DNA from: Klebsiella pneumoniae
GTDB lineage: Bacteria; Myxococcota_A; UBA796; SXON01
Reading direction: 5' to 3'
Length of the DNA: 64,000 nucleotides
NCBI GenBank assembly: GCA_945861635.1
Contig: CAMAWH010000015.1
Coordinates: 36,858-100,857 of the forward strand
The notes under the pieces are model-generated. The model made no database searches. It was not told the origin of the DNA and was given only the letters and a program-made list of their open reading frames with translations. Made by a program: the position numbers and the translations under genes. Each line of letters starts with the position of its first letter. Positions within the stretch are counted from its first letter, which is position 1. Shown here piece after piece: positions 37,152 through 47,644 of this stretch.

Positions 37152-38867
37152 CTACGTCTCCCTGGGGTTGCGTCGAGCTTCGATGCTCTCGAGGTCGCCG
37201 CGCGGAACGGCTGCGATCAGGCGCCGCGTATATTCCATCGCTGGCGCGCCATACACCGCCTCGGCGGGGCCCATTTCCACGACCTTTCCAGCATGCATCA
37301 CCGCAATCTCATCGCTCATGTGTTTGATGACGCTGAGGTCGTGGCTGATGAAGACGTAGCCGAGCCCGCGTCGTTCCTGAAGGTCGCGCAGGAGGTTGAG
37401 TACGGTTGCCTGCACGGAAACGTCGAGCGCCGACACCGGTTCATCGCAAATGATCACGGAGGGTTCCACGGCGAGCGCGCGCGCGATGACGATGCGCTGT
37501 CGTTGCCCGCCCGAAAATTCGTGGGGATACCGGTGGGCGTGCTCCGGGAGCATTCCGACCTCCTGTAGCAGTTCAGCCACGCGTTCCCGGCGCTCCTCCT
37601 CGTTCGCACCAATCCCGTGGAAGGCCATCGGCTCGGTGATCGCAGCGCCCACCGTCATGCGCGGATTGAGGGCGGCGTAGGGGTCCTGAAAGATCGTCTG
37701 TAGTTGCCGGCGGGCGCTGCGGAGGCCCGACCCGCGAAGCGCCCGAAAATCGCGCCCCATGAACTGTATGAAACCGGCGTCGGGTTCGATGAGTCGAAGG
37801 ATGGCACGCCCTGCGGTTGTCTTGCCACAGCCGCTCTCCCCGACGAGTCCAAGCGTCCTCCCCCTTACGACGGATAGCGATAGATTGTCCACCGCCGTGA
37901 ACGTCCCGAAACGAACGGTCAGGCCGGCACAGGACAGCAGCGTTTCACCGAGTCCGGGGGTGGATACGGCGGCGCTCTGGCGGAGGTTTGGCCCGGGGCT
38001 CGCCTCCGCGCCGCCCATGAAGTCCGCGACTGTCGGCAACCGGTCCCGCACCTGATCAAGGCGCGGCCGACAGGCCAACAGTGCGCGGGTGTAGGGATGC
38101 GCGGGCGCACGAAAAACGTCCAGAACATCGCCGCGCTCCACGATTTCTCCTCGGTACATGACCGCGACCTCGTCGGCGATTTCGGCGATGACCGCCAAAT
38201 CGTGGGTGATGAACAGCATCGCCATTCCGCGTCGCGCGCACGTGCGGCGAAGCAGGTCCAGAATCTGGGCCTGGATGGTCACGTCCAACGCCGTGGTTGG
38301 CTCGTCGGCGATCAGGAGTTTGGGGTCGCACGCCAGCGCCATTGCGATCATCACGCGCTGCTTTTGCCCTCCGGAGAGTTGGTGGGGGTAGCTGTGGATT
38401 CGCGTTCCCGGGTCAGGGAGTCCGACCTCCTCAAATAACGCCACAACCCGCGCCATCGCCTCGCTTCTCGTCGCCTTACGATGATGCTGGATCGACTCCG
38501 CTACCTGACGCCCCACGGGAAAGACGGGGTTGAGTGAGGTCATCGGCTCCTGGAAAATCATCGCCAGCTGTGCGCCCCGCATCGCCTCCATTTTTCGGCG
38601 CGGAAGGCCGACCAGAGATTGCCCCATCAGCGCGATTTCGCCAGCTTCGATCCTTGCTCCCACGTCGGGAAGCAGGCCCATGATGGAGAGGCTGGTGACG
38701 CTCTTTCCGGAGCCGCTCTCGCCGACGAGGCCCAGCGTGCGCCCGGCCGTGATCGAAAGCGAAACGTCGCGAATGACGCGCACCTCTCCACCGTCGGTGC
38801 GAAAGGCGGTTGTCAAGCCTCGAACATCGAGAATCGGCGGGAATTCAGTGCGCGGAGCGGGGATCAT
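37152..38867 (-). CDS. Opp/Dpp ABC transporter ATP-binding protein (two fused ATPase domains)
   Basis: GESGSGKS and GESGCGKT Walker A motifs; LSGGQKQR / FSGGQRQR; DEPT and DEPV Walker B motifs. Confidence 0.93.
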   Translation of the reverse strand: MIPAPRTEFPPILDVRGLTTAFRTDGGEVRVIRDVSLSITAGRTLGLVGESGSGKSVTSLSIMGLLPDVGARIEAGEIALMGQSLVGLPRRKMEAMRGAQLAMIFQEPMTSLNPVFPVGRQVAESIQHHRKATRSEAMARVVALFEEVGLPDPGTRIHSYPHQLSGGQKQRVMIAMALACDPKLLIADEPTTALDVTIQAQILDLLRRTCARRGMAMLFITHDLAVIAEIADEVAVMYRGEIVERGDVLDVFRAPAHPYTRALLACRPRLDQVRDRLPTVADFMGGAEASPGPNLRQSAAVSTPGLGETLLSCAGLTVRFGTFTAVDNLSLSVVRGRTLGLVGESGCGKTTAGRAILRLIEPDAGFIQFMGRDFRALRGSGLRSARRQLQTIFQDPYAALNPRMTVGAAITEPMAFHGIGANEEERRERVAELLQEVGMLPEHAHRYPHEFSGGQRQRIVIARALAVEPSVIICDEPVSALDVSVQATVLNLLRDLQERRGLGYVFISHDLSVIKHMSDEIAVMHAGKVVEMGPAEAVYGAPAMEYTRRLIAAVPRGDLESIEARRNPRET

Positions 38868-39916
38868 GCTTCTCGCCCGCGGAGGCGCGGATCCAGCGCG
38901 TCTCGCAACCCGTCTCCGACCAGGTTGAAGCTCATGACGGCCGCAACGATGCAGAGCCCGGGGAGGATGGTAATCCACGGGGCCGAGCGCATCTGCAACC
39001 GACCGTCGTTGACCATTACTCCCCAGGTCGGTGTCGGCGGCGGCACACCGAGTCCCAAAAAGGAGAGCGCCGCCTCCGTCAAGATGGTGCCACCCAACGC
39101 CAGCGATGCGTACACGATCACGGGAGCGAGCGCGTTGGGAACAAGGTGACGGAACAGGATGCGCATCGGCGGAAGTCCCAGCGCACGCGCCGCCAGCACG
39201 AAGTCCAACTCGCGGAGCGAGAGGATCTGCGACCGGACGATGCGGGCAACCCCCATCCAGCCGGTCACGCCGAGGATCACGACGATCAGCAGGAGGTTCT
39301 GGGCACCCACGCCGCGAAACAGGCCGACGATCGCGAGCAGCAGGACCAGCCGCGGCAGCGAGAGCAGCAGGTCGGTGAACCACATCAGCGCCCGATCCGT
39401 CCAGCCGCCAAAAAATCCTGCTGTGGCGCCGATGATGGTGCCCAGCGTCGCCGACAGACCGACGGCGATGAATCCGATGGAAAGCGAAATTCGCGCACCG
39501 TACAGGCACCGCGTGTACAGGTCGCGTCCGAACTCGTCCGTCCCGAATGGGAACGACGCGGAAGGCGGGACTGCATGCGGTCCGACGTCGATCGCGATGG
39601 GGTCGTGGGCCGTAAGCAGCGGTGCCATGCTTGCGACGAGGGTCAGCAGGAGTCCCGTATTCAAGCCAATCACCGCAGCGAGGCTCTTCCGAAACTGCAT
39701 CGCAACGTCGCCGTGCGGTGCCCAGCCGCGGCTTACGGCAATCACGGCAGCAGAGGCGAACGCCCAGGCGGCCAAGGCGACGACGGTGTGCGCGCGCTCC
39801 TGCATGGCATGGGGTGCCGGGAATAAAAGCTCCGGCACGCGTCCGAAGTGCGTCGCGGCCGACGCGAGCGCCATCGCCACGAGCAGCGCAAACACGACGT
39901 CGATTCGGCGGGCCAT
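38864..39916 (-). CDS. Opp/Dpp ABC permease (OppC-like)
   Basis: FGTDEFGRD, GARISL, AARALG...RHLVPN and EAALSFLGLG motifs. Confidence 0.9.
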   Translation of the reverse strand: MARRIDVVFALLVAMALASAATHFGRVPELLFPAPHAMQERAHTVVALAAWAFASAAVIAVSRGWAPHGDVAMQFRKSLAAVIGLNTGLLLTLVASMAPLLTAHDPIAIDVGPHAVPPSASFPFGTDEFGRDLYTRCLYGARISLSIGFIAVGLSATLGTIIGATAGFFGGWTDRALMWFTDLLLSLPRLVLLLAIVGLFRGVGAQNLLLIVVILGVTGWMGVARIVRSQILSLRELDFVLAARALGLPPMRILFRHLVPNALAPVIVYASLALGGTILTEAALSFLGLGVPPPTPTWGVMVNDGRLQMRSAPWITILPGLCIVAAVMSFNLVGDGLRDALDPRLRGREA

Positions 39917-40884
39917 CACCGCACCCGTACGCGCGGATCGATGAATCCGTACGAGATATCGGCCAACAGGTTCCCGAGTACGACCAACAACGTAAATACG
40001 TAGAAACAGCCGAGGATGACGGGCACGTCCTGCCCGTGGATCGCCTCCACGATCAATCTGCCCATTCCCGGCCATCCGAAAACGGTCTCGACGAGTACGG
40101 AGCCCGAAAACAGGAACGGCAGGCTCAGCCCCAACAGGGTCACGAGCGGAAGCAACGCGTTTCGAAACGCATGGTGGAGAATGACGCGCGCCTCGGTCAG
40201 TCCCTTCGCCCGGGCCGTACGTATGAAGTCCTGGCGCAGGACTTCCAGCATCGACGAACGCATGTACCGGGCGTCCTGCGCGGCCGCGGCGAGGCCGAGC
40301 GTCAGCGTCGGGAGCACCAGGTGCTTGAGTCGGTCCACCACCTGCTGCCCCGTCGTCATGTAGTCGTACGTCACCGGATCGGTCATGCCCGAGGTCGGCA
40401 AGATCGGCCACCACAGCGTGAACGCGAGCTGGAGCATGAGCGCCAGCCAAAATCCGGGCATCGAATAGAAGAAAAGCGTCCCGAACGCCAGTGTCGTGTC
40501 TTCCCAGCGGTGCTGGCGTATGGCCTGCACAATCCCCGTTGTGATGCCAACGCACTGGCCGGTGGCGATGGCGAGTACACTGAGGACGATCGTGTTGGGG
40601 AGCGCTTCCGCGATGAGGGAAGTGACGGGGCGTCCCATCTGAAGCGAGTCGCCGAAATCGAGACGCAAGGCGCGACCCACTTGCGTCGCAAATCGGAGCG
40701 TGCCCGGCAAGTCGCAGCCGAGGCGCGCGCGAAGGGCGGCGATGGTGTCGGGATGCATGTCTTCGGACAGGAACGCGTCACAAACGTCACCTGGCAACAC
40801 TTCGAGGAGCAGCCAGATCAGCGTGAGCACGCCGACCAGAAGTGGCACAGAAAGCGCGAGTTTCCTTACGACGACGCGGAGCAC
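39916..40884 (-). CDS. Opp/Dpp ABC permease (OppB-like)
   Basis: LPGD, DFGDS, RTARAKGL...HAFRN and ETVFGWPGMG motifs. Confidence 0.92.
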   Translation of the reverse strand: MLRVVVRKLALSVPLLVGVLTLIWLLLEVLPGDVCDAFLSEDMHPDTIAALRARLGCDLPGTLRFATQVGRALRLDFGDSLQMGRPVTSLIAEALPNTIVLSVLAIATGQCVGITTGIVQAIRQHRWEDTTLAFGTLFFYSMPGFWLALMLQLAFTLWWPILPTSGMTDPVTYDYMTTGQQVVDRLKHLVLPTLTLGLAAAAQDARYMRSSMLEVLRQDFIRTARAKGLTEARVILHHAFRNALLPLVTLLGLSLPFLFSGSVLVETVFGWPGMGRLIVEAIHGQDVPVILGCFYVFTLLVVLGNLLADISYGFIDPRVRVR

Positions 40885-40885
40885 G

Positions 40886-42634
40886 CTACTGTGGGTACTT
40901 GACCTGATCGGCCGGAACCGACCACCGGTTCAGGTTACGATACGGCGCAAGAATATCGATCGTTGGATCCTGAAAGCGCTGGTGGACCGCCACGATGTCA
41001 TCCATCCAATAGAGGAAGGTGTACGGCTGGTCGTCGTAGATGATCTGTTGAATCTTTTTGAAGATGGGCGCCGAGCGCTCGCCGTCCGGTTCCGCCATCG
41101 CAACAGCCATTGCTTCGTCGAGCTGCGCATTTCGGTAGCTTGAGAAGTTGAACTCGGCGTTGGCTCCCCAACTCGACCGCGGATCGGTGTACATCGACGC
41201 ACTCCATCCGCCGAGCGCCGCCTCGAAATCCCGCTTGCGAAGCCGATCGAACAGCGTTCCCATTTCCAGCGGCTCGATCTGCGCGTCGATGCCGACCGCC
41301 TTGAGGTTGGCCTGAATGATCACACCGGCCTTGGCGCGACGGGCGTTGCCTGCGGTCGTCAGCAGCGTGAACCGAAAGGGAACGCCGTCCTTGTCAATCA
41401 CGCCGTCGCTGTTCGTATCGACCCAGCCGAGTTCGGCGAATCGGGCGTTCGAAGCCATGGGATCGAAGGGGATACGCTTGATTTCGTCGTTGTGCACGCC
41501 GCAAAGCGCCGGAGTGATGTTCCCAACCGCCGGGCGTCCGTACACCTCTCCCGTGACGGTGGACGTGAGCACGTCCTTGATGAGCTTGTCGGCGTCGATC
41601 GCCATCGTGAGCGCGCGACGCACGGCCGGGTCACCGAATAGCGCGTTCGGCTTGACATCGTCGGGCTTTTTCCCCGCGGCCAAGCCCTCAGCCTTGCCCT
41701 TGTAGTCAGCGGCATCGACGCCGTTCCACGCTACGAAGTCCATCGTGCGCCAGCCGCGGCGGTGGAGGCGCAACTCCGGGTGCGCGGAGGCCAGCTTGTC
41801 GGCATCGGCCACGAGGACCTGCTCCATCAGGTCGATCGAACCATTTTCCAACTCGACCAAGCGCGTGGCGTATTCGGGGATGATCTTGAAGATCACGCGT
41901 TTCAGTTTCGGCAGGTCCGCCTTCGGACCGGTAAAATGCTCGTTCGTCTCAAACACAATCTTTTCGTTCTGTGTCCACGAGACCAGCTTCCACGGTCCGT
42001 TTACCAGCGGCATCGACGTGTTCAGGGGGTGCCCACGCAGCGAAGCGCGGTCGACCCCCGCTGCGGCGAGGATGTGCTTTGGCACCAACGCCGCACCCGT
42101 CGCGTGGGCGAGCATGGTGTTGCGGTCAAACGCGTGGTCAAAGCTCCAATGTAGATGGGTGGCATCGATGACCCGCGGACGCGCGTCGGCCTTCATTCCC
42201 TCGACAAATCCTGCGGCCGGGCTGGCCACGACCGGGTCCGCCAGCAGATCCCAGGTGAAGGCCACATCCTCTGCCGTCACTTTTTCTCCATCGTACCATG
42301 TGATGTCGTTACGCAGCTCCATGTCAATCGACATGCCGTCGGGGCTGAACGTCCACGATTTCAGCAGCGTCGGCCTGTATTTTACCGCGCAGTCGAAGTC
42401 TCCATCCGCCAAATTATAGTTGAACAATTCCGCGATGATGACGTCGGCGGCGTTCTGTTGTAGCGGGCCGAGCAGGTTTCTAGCGTCCGCCTGCAGCGCG
42501 ATGACGAGGGTGTCTCGCGGCCCGTCCGCCAGCGGCTGACCCTTCGCCGCTGGCTCCTCTCCTGAGCAGGCGGCGAGCGCGGCGACGCCGACGGCGGCGG
42601 CGTTGCGGACGACCACGCTGTACCTGTGCACCAT
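40886..42634 (-). CDS. ABC transporter substrate-binding lipoprotein (family 5)
   Basis: LAAC lipobox; LRNDITWYDGEKVTAEDV, NGPWKL and VRRALTMAID motifs. Confidence 0.9.
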   Translation of the reverse strand: MVHRYSVVVRNAAAVGVAALAACSGEEPAAKGQPLADGPRDTLVIALQADARNLLGPLQQNAADVIIAELFNYNLADGDFDCAVKYRPTLLKSWTFSPDGMSIDMELRNDITWYDGEKVTAEDVAFTWDLLADPVVASPAAGFVEGMKADARPRVIDATHLHWSFDHAFDRNTMLAHATGAALVPKHILAAAGVDRASLRGHPLNTSMPLVNGPWKLVSWTQNEKIVFETNEHFTGPKADLPKLKRVIFKIIPEYATRLVELENGSIDLMEQVLVADADKLASAHPELRLHRRGWRTMDFVAWNGVDAADYKGKAEGLAAGKKPDDVKPNALFGDPAVRRALTMAIDADKLIKDVLTSTVTGEVYGRPAVGNITPALCGVHNDEIKRIPFDPMASNARFAELGWVDTNSDGVIDKDGVPFRFTLLTTAGNARRAKAGVIIQANLKAVGIDAQIEPLEMGTLFDRLRKRDFEAALGGWSASMYTDPRSSWGANAEFNFSSYRNAQLDEAMAVAMAEPDGERSAPIFKKIQQIIYDDQPYTFLYWMDDIVAVHQRFQDPTIDILAPYRNLNRWSVPADQVKYPQ

Positions 42635-42745
42635 GAATCGGGCTCCCGGCCGCCGGCCTTATACCACGCACGCCGCCGGCAACTCGCGGCGCGGGCCGCG
42701 TGCTGACGTGGGGCGGGTCGACCGCGTCGGTGCTACGTTTCGGCA

Positions 42746-43990
42746 ATGGTCACGATCTTCGTCCTGCTGGCGTGCCGCGGCCCCGAGTCGGCGGGCGGCA
42801 AGTCGGGCGGCACGTTCGATTGGTATGACACCTCCATCGAGGGTATTCCTGGAGATTCCGGTGACACGGGGGACTCGGCAGATACGGATGACACCGGTGG
42901 AACGGTGCACGACAGTTCCGACTTCCTGTTCCTGCGGGACCGGGTGATTGAAATCGCCATCGAGATGGACGATGACGCACTGAACAGCTTGAAGCGTTCG
43001 CCCAAGGAATATGTGACGGCGAACATCACCATCGACGGGGAGCGTCTGTCCGACGTTGGCGTGCGCCTGAAGGGGTCGAGCTCCTTCCGAAAATTGCGCC
43101 AGAAGTCCGCGTTTAAGGTTGACGTCAACCGTTTCGACGACGAGCAGGACTTTTACGGGTTGGGCAAGCTCACGCTCAACAACATGCTCAATGACGAGAC
43201 ACAACTCCACGAGGTGTGCGCATACGCGGCATTCGCCGCCGCAGGGCTGCCTCATTCCCGTGTTGGATACGCATGGGTGACCGTCAACGACGAGCCGTAC
43301 GGCCTCTACGCCAATGTGGAAACGCCGGCGAAGCCGTGGATGGAGCGCGTATTTGGCACGCGCGAGGGCAACCTCTACGAAGGGGGCTATCCCTACTATC
43401 CGGAGAGTTGGGACCACGCCGATTTCTCCTCGGACGAAGCTGCGAACTTCAATCTGGAGTCGGGGATTGACGTCGCCAACGCAGACACGCTGGCGGTGGC
43501 CGCCGAGGTGCAGGCGAGGGGTGCCGATTGGGATACGCGCGTCGGTGCCCTCGTAGACCTCGACGAGTATGTGCGCTTCCAAATTCTGGAAGCGTGGGTG
43601 GGCCAGTGGGATGGCTACGCCTTCGCCTCGAATAATTACCGGGTCTATTTCCCCACGGACGGCACGGGAATGCAGATGGTGCCATCCGGACTGGACTGGA
43701 CGTTTACCGACTACGGCTCTGACTGGACCCAGGCCGCCGCACCGCTCGGGTTGCGCTGTCAGGCGGACGCGACGTGCCGGGACCGATTTGCGCAGGGGGC
43801 GTTGGACGTCACGAACGCAATCGAAGCGGCGGATATCCTCACCCTTCTCAACACCAACGCGGAAATGATCCGTCCGTATGTCGAGGATGACCCTCGAAAA
43901 GAGCTATCGATCAACAGCCTTGACAACGCGCAGGATCTGATGCGAGCGTGGGTCTCCGGACGCTCTGCAAAGGTCCTGAAATGGTACTGA
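42746..43990 (+). CDS. CotH kinase-family lipoprotein
   Basis: VGVRLKGSSSF, K.AFKVD, LTLNNM, YGLYANVE, WDGY...NNYRVY and GLDWTF motifs. Confidence 0.85.
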   Translation: MVTIFVLLACRGPESAGGKSGGTFDWYDTSIEGIPGDSGDTGDSADTDDTGGTVHDSSDFLFLRDRVIEIAIEMDDDALNSLKRSPKEYVTANITIDGERLSDVGVRLKGSSSFRKLRQKSAFKVDVNRFDDEQDFYGLGKLTLNNMLNDETQLHEVCAYAAFAAAGLPHSRVGYAWVTVNDEPYGLYANVETPAKPWMERVFGTREGNLYEGGYPYYPESWDHADFSSDEAANFNLESGIDVANADTLAVAAEVQARGADWDTRVGALVDLDEYVRFQILEAWVGQWDGYAFASNNYRVYFPTDGTGMQMVPSGLDWTFTDYGSDWTQAAAPLGLRCQADATCRDRFAQGALDVTNAIEAADILTLLNTNAEMIRPYVEDDPRKELSINSLDNAQDLMRAWVSGRSAKVLKWY

Positions 43991-44013
43991 CGGACCCGCG
44001 CTGAAGCGTCCGA

Positions 44014-44595
44014 TCAGTCGTCCTGGTTCGGCTCTTCGGGGGTCGGCGTCGCGAGCACCCACGCGCCCGATTCCTCATTTCCGTCGGGCATCCGCTGCGC
44101 AGATTTGTCTTTTACTTGCTCCTGCGTCCATTTAACCGCGTCCTTTCGGACACAGGTTTCCGGATCCTCGTAGTACCAAAGCTGCAGGTCATCCGCTTTT
44201 CGATCGAGCAGGAAGTTTGTGTGGAGCTCCGACGACGTCCCTTGTTCGTCGTCGTCGGCGTCGCACCAGACGATCAAGAAGTCGCCCGCCGCGATGCCGA
44301 CCCCCTCCGGAAACGCCCACTGCTGCGGTTCGGGCGGGTCATCCGTAAGGTAGAACCCTGTCATCTGGACGATTCGATCGCCTGCATTGTACAACTCGAC
44401 CCAGTCGTCGTACTCGTCCGCGTTGTCGGTATTCGTGGTCTTGTTGGAGGCGAGAAACTCGTTGATCACGATTTGGGGAGCATCGGCGCCGCTGCAATCG
44501 GGCTCGGAGCCGCTATCCCCGGGGTTGCCTCCATCATCCGCGGTGTCGTTCGGGGCGATGGTCGGCGCGCAAGCGAGAAGTGCGTAGAAAATCAT
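44014..44595 (-). CDS. lamin tail domain lipoprotein
   Basis: VINEFLASN, DWVELYN, FYLTDD, LIVWCD, HTNF.L and PTP..PN motifs. Confidence 0.85.
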   Translation of the reverse strand: MIFYALLACAPTIAPNDTADDGGNPGDSGSEPDCSGADAPQIVINEFLASNKTTNTDNADEYDDWVELYNAGDRIVQMTGFYLTDDPPEPQQWAFPEGVGIAAGDFLIVWCDADDDEQGTSSELHTNFLLDRKADDLQLWYYEDPETCVRKDAVKWTQEQVKDKSAQRMPDGNEESGAWVLATPTPEEPNQDD

Positions 44596-44735
44596 CGGAT
44601 CTCCGGTAACGACCGTCGGCGAGGGGGCCGCAGGGGAAGGAACACGTCGTACTATACACATTCTGTATCCGGGCCCGCATCGTGAGGCAGGCAGGATGCA
44701 GCAGCGGTGCTACGATCCATCGGCCTGAGGTGTCG

Positions 44736-46214
44736 ATGTCGATGAAGAAGACGAAGATCCTTTTCATCAAGTACCACGAGGCTGCGGATCAGCAGCCGCT
44801 CAGTCAGAAGGCCGCTGAAAAACTTGGGATTTTTCCGTCCCTCGCCCTTCTTCAGCTTGCTGCGTGGGTGCGTCAAGCCGGCTTCGAGGTCGGGCTCATC
44901 GATCTCCACGCGGAAAACCTGCAACCCCGTGACGCCGGCCAGCGCGTCCGGGATTTCGCACCGGACATCGTCGCGCTCACGGCGAAAACGCTGGGCTGGC
45001 CGGCGGTCATCGAGATCGCGCAGATGGTCAAGGCCGAGTACCCCCGTGCGCTTGTCGTGGTTGGTGGCCCACAGCTGGCAATCTATCCGAAGGAATCGCT
45101 CACGTGGGAATGCTTCGACATGGCTGTCGTTGGCGATGGCGAGGAGACGTTCCTCGACATTTGCGAACACATGGAAAGCGGTTCGGAGATGGACAAGATC
45201 CCGGGCACCGTTGTGCGCGTCGGCGGCGGAGACGTCATCATCAACCCGTCTCGACCGGTGCCAAAGGACATCGACAAGTATCCGATGCCCGCGTGGGATC
45301 TCGTCAATATCAACAGCTACAATTGCCTGACCCTGCTGAAGCCTTTCGCGACGATGGTGACGACGCGCGGGTGCCCGTGGCACTGTGGATATTGTTCACA
45401 GGTCTACAGTGACAAGCTGCGTTTTCGCTCGCCGGAGCTCGTTGTGGAGGAGATGGAGCACCTCGTCAAACAGTACGGCGTCAAGGAAATCGTCATGTTC
45501 GACGAGACCTTTACGATAGGCAAGAAGCGGATGCGGAAGCTGTCCGAGGAGATTCTCCGCCGTAACCTCAAGGTGAAATTCAACATTCGAGCGCGGGTTG
45601 ACACCGTCGATCGCGAGGTTCTGGAGTTGTTGAAGCGCGCCGGCCTGCGCTCGATTCACATGGGCGTCGAAGCAGGCACAGACCGCGTCCTGAAAATCAT
45701 GAACAAGCAAATCACGCGAGAGCAGACGGAGCGCGCGTTCCGCATCGCGCGTGAGGTCGGCATCGAAACGCGAGGGTACTTCATGGTCGGCTACTACGAC
45801 GCCACGCCGCAGGATGTGGAGGAGATGATCAACTTCTCCTCCTCGATCGGGCTGGATTGGGCGTCCTACAGCGTGGCGACGGCGCTCCCCGCCACCGACC
45901 TCTACCGGATCGCCCAGGAGCGGGGCTATGTCGATGGTGACTTCTGGCGGCGGTACACGATCAATGGCGGCGGTCCGATTCCCCAGCTGGAAACCGAGAC
46001 GTTCACTGCCGAGCGGCTGCGGCAGTACCGCACCAAGGCCTACATGAGCTTCTACCTGCGCCCCGACCTCATCCGGCGGAAGCTGTCCAAAAGCGAGGGG
46101 CGCGCGGAACTCCTCGAAATGCTGGGCGGCGTCACCGTCCTCTCTGAAATCGTCAAAAGCACGGTCCTCAAGAAAATCCCCAGCGTTGGCATCGGCAAAT
46201 GGGGAACTGTATAG
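44736..46214 (+). CDS. B12-binding radical SAM enzyme (class B type)
   Basis: N-terminal cobalamin-binding domain (PSLALLQLAA, VVVGGP, GDGEET); TRGCPWHCGYC motif; GVEAG. Confidence 0.9.
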   Translation: MSMKKTKILFIKYHEAADQQPLSQKAAEKLGIFPSLALLQLAAWVRQAGFEVGLIDLHAENLQPRDAGQRVRDFAPDIVALTAKTLGWPAVIEIAQMVKAEYPRALVVVGGPQLAIYPKESLTWECFDMAVVGDGEETFLDICEHMESGSEMDKIPGTVVRVGGGDVIINPSRPVPKDIDKYPMPAWDLVNINSYNCLTLLKPFATMVTTRGCPWHCGYCSQVYSDKLRFRSPELVVEEMEHLVKQYGVKEIVMFDETFTIGKKRMRKLSEEILRRNLKVKFNIRARVDTVDREVLELLKRAGLRSIHMGVEAGTDRVLKIMNKQITREQTERAFRIAREVGIETRGYFMVGYYDATPQDVEEMINFSSSIGLDWASYSVATALPATDLYRIAQERGYVDGDFWRRYTINGGGPIPQLETETFTAERLRQYRTKAYMSFYLRPDLIRRKLSKSEGRAELLEMLGGVTVLSEIVKSTVLKKIPSVGIGKWGTV

Positions 46215-46268
46215 GGGACAGTTGTTGCGTGTTTAGATTTCTTCTGGGCGTTGATAGGTAAATATTTC

Positions 46269-47570
46269 GTGAGCCACCTTTCCCCTCCCAGCATGCTTTC
46301 GGCATTACGCTGGTGGCTAACGCTGGGCTGCATCAGCTTCGGCGGCCCCGCCGGCCAAATCGCCATCCTCCACCGCGAGTTGGTCGAACGTCGCAAGTGG
46401 ATCGGCGAACGACGGTTTCTTCACGCGCTCAACTACTGCATGGTGCTGCCCGGCCCTGAGGCGCAGCAGCTCGCAACGTACATCGGCTGGTTGATGCACG
46501 GAACGTGGGGTGGCGTCGCAGCCGGTGCCCTGTTTGTGCTTCCCTCGCTGGTGCTCCTCATCGGGCTTTCGTGGCTGTACGTCGCGTTCGGCACGGTGCC
46601 GGTCGTTGCTGCGGTGCTCGCCGGGGTGAAGCCTGGGGTAGTCGCCGTGGTCATCGGGGCGGCCTGGCGCATCGCTCGACGTGCGCTGCGAGGCCGATTT
46701 CTGCCGTCAGTCACCGCTCTCTCCCTTCTCGCGGCGTTCGTCGCTCCATTTCCGCTGATTGTCGCGAGCGCTGCACTCCTCGGGTGGATCTTCCGCCGGT
46801 CGATCCCGCCGCACGCTCCGCACGCGTCGAACGCGCAATCCATGCCCGCATTCCTCGGCGACGACGATCCGCCGCCGACCCACGCAGCCCCTTCCTTCCG
46901 TCGGACGCTCTTGACCACCGCAGTCGCCGCCCTTCTCGGTGTTGGCGGCTATTTTATCCTGGATCACCTTGCGGACGGTGGGGCCGGCCCTTCCGGGGAG
47001 GGCACGCTGCGTGACATGGCCGCCTTCTTCACCTCCGCCGCGCTGCTCACGTTCGGCGGGGCTTACGCAGTTATTCCCTATGTTTTCCACGGTGCCGTGG
47101 ACGTCCACCACTGGCTCGACGCTCCCCAGATGCTCGACGGCCTGGCCCTCGGCGAATCGACGCCGGGCCCGCTCATCATGATCGTGGCGTTCGTTGGGTA
47201 TCTGGGCGGCGTTGGTGCGGGCTCGGGGTGGAACGACGGCTTCGCGGCGGGCATGGCGGGAGCCTGCGTCGCCACGTTTTACACGTTTCTACCGTCATTT
47301 CTTTTCATTCTAGTGGGCGGCCCGTTGGTTGAGCGAACGCGCACCATTCCGGCGGTGACCGCGCCATTGACGGCGATCACGGCCGCGGTGGTCGGATTGA
47401 TACTCCACCTTGCATTTTTCTTGGCTCGACACGCGATCATCGATGTTCCATCAGGCATACTCGCGCTCGCGGCGGGTGTTGCGTTGATGCGATTCGACGT
47501 GCCCATCCCACGTGTTCTGGCGAGTTGTGCGCTCGTCGGCATTCTGCGCCACTATGTCGGATTCGGATGA
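46269..47570 (+). CDS. chrA: chromate ion transporter (long-chain CHR)
   Basis: SFGGPAGQIA, LPGPEAQQLA, TFGGAYAV and ESTPGPLIM motifs; start uncertain (46251-46293). Confidence 0.9.
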   Translation: MSHLSPPSMLSALRWWLTLGCISFGGPAGQIAILHRELVERRKWIGERRFLHALNYCMVLPGPEAQQLATYIGWLMHGTWGGVAAGALFVLPSLVLLIGLSWLYVAFGTVPVVAAVLAGVKPGVVAVVIGAAWRIARRALRGRFLPSVTALSLLAAFVAPFPLIVASAALLGWIFRRSIPPHAPHASNAQSMPAFLGDDDPPPTHAAPSFRRTLLTTAVAALLGVGGYFILDHLADGGAGPSGEGTLRDMAAFFTSAALLTFGGAYAVIPYVFHGAVDVHHWLDAPQMLDGLALGESTPGPLIMIVAFVGYLGGVGAGSGWNDGFAAGMAGACVATFYTFLPSFLFILVGGPLVERTRTIPAVTAPLTAITAAVVGLILHLAFFLARHAIIDVPSGILALAAGVALMRFDVPIPRVLASCALVGILRHYVGFG

Positions 47571-47644
47571 TACAAATCATATTTCTGGGCGTTCGGTGCC
47601 CGAACGCGCTTGGCCTGCAGCACCGACGACGCTCCGCCGGAGCG

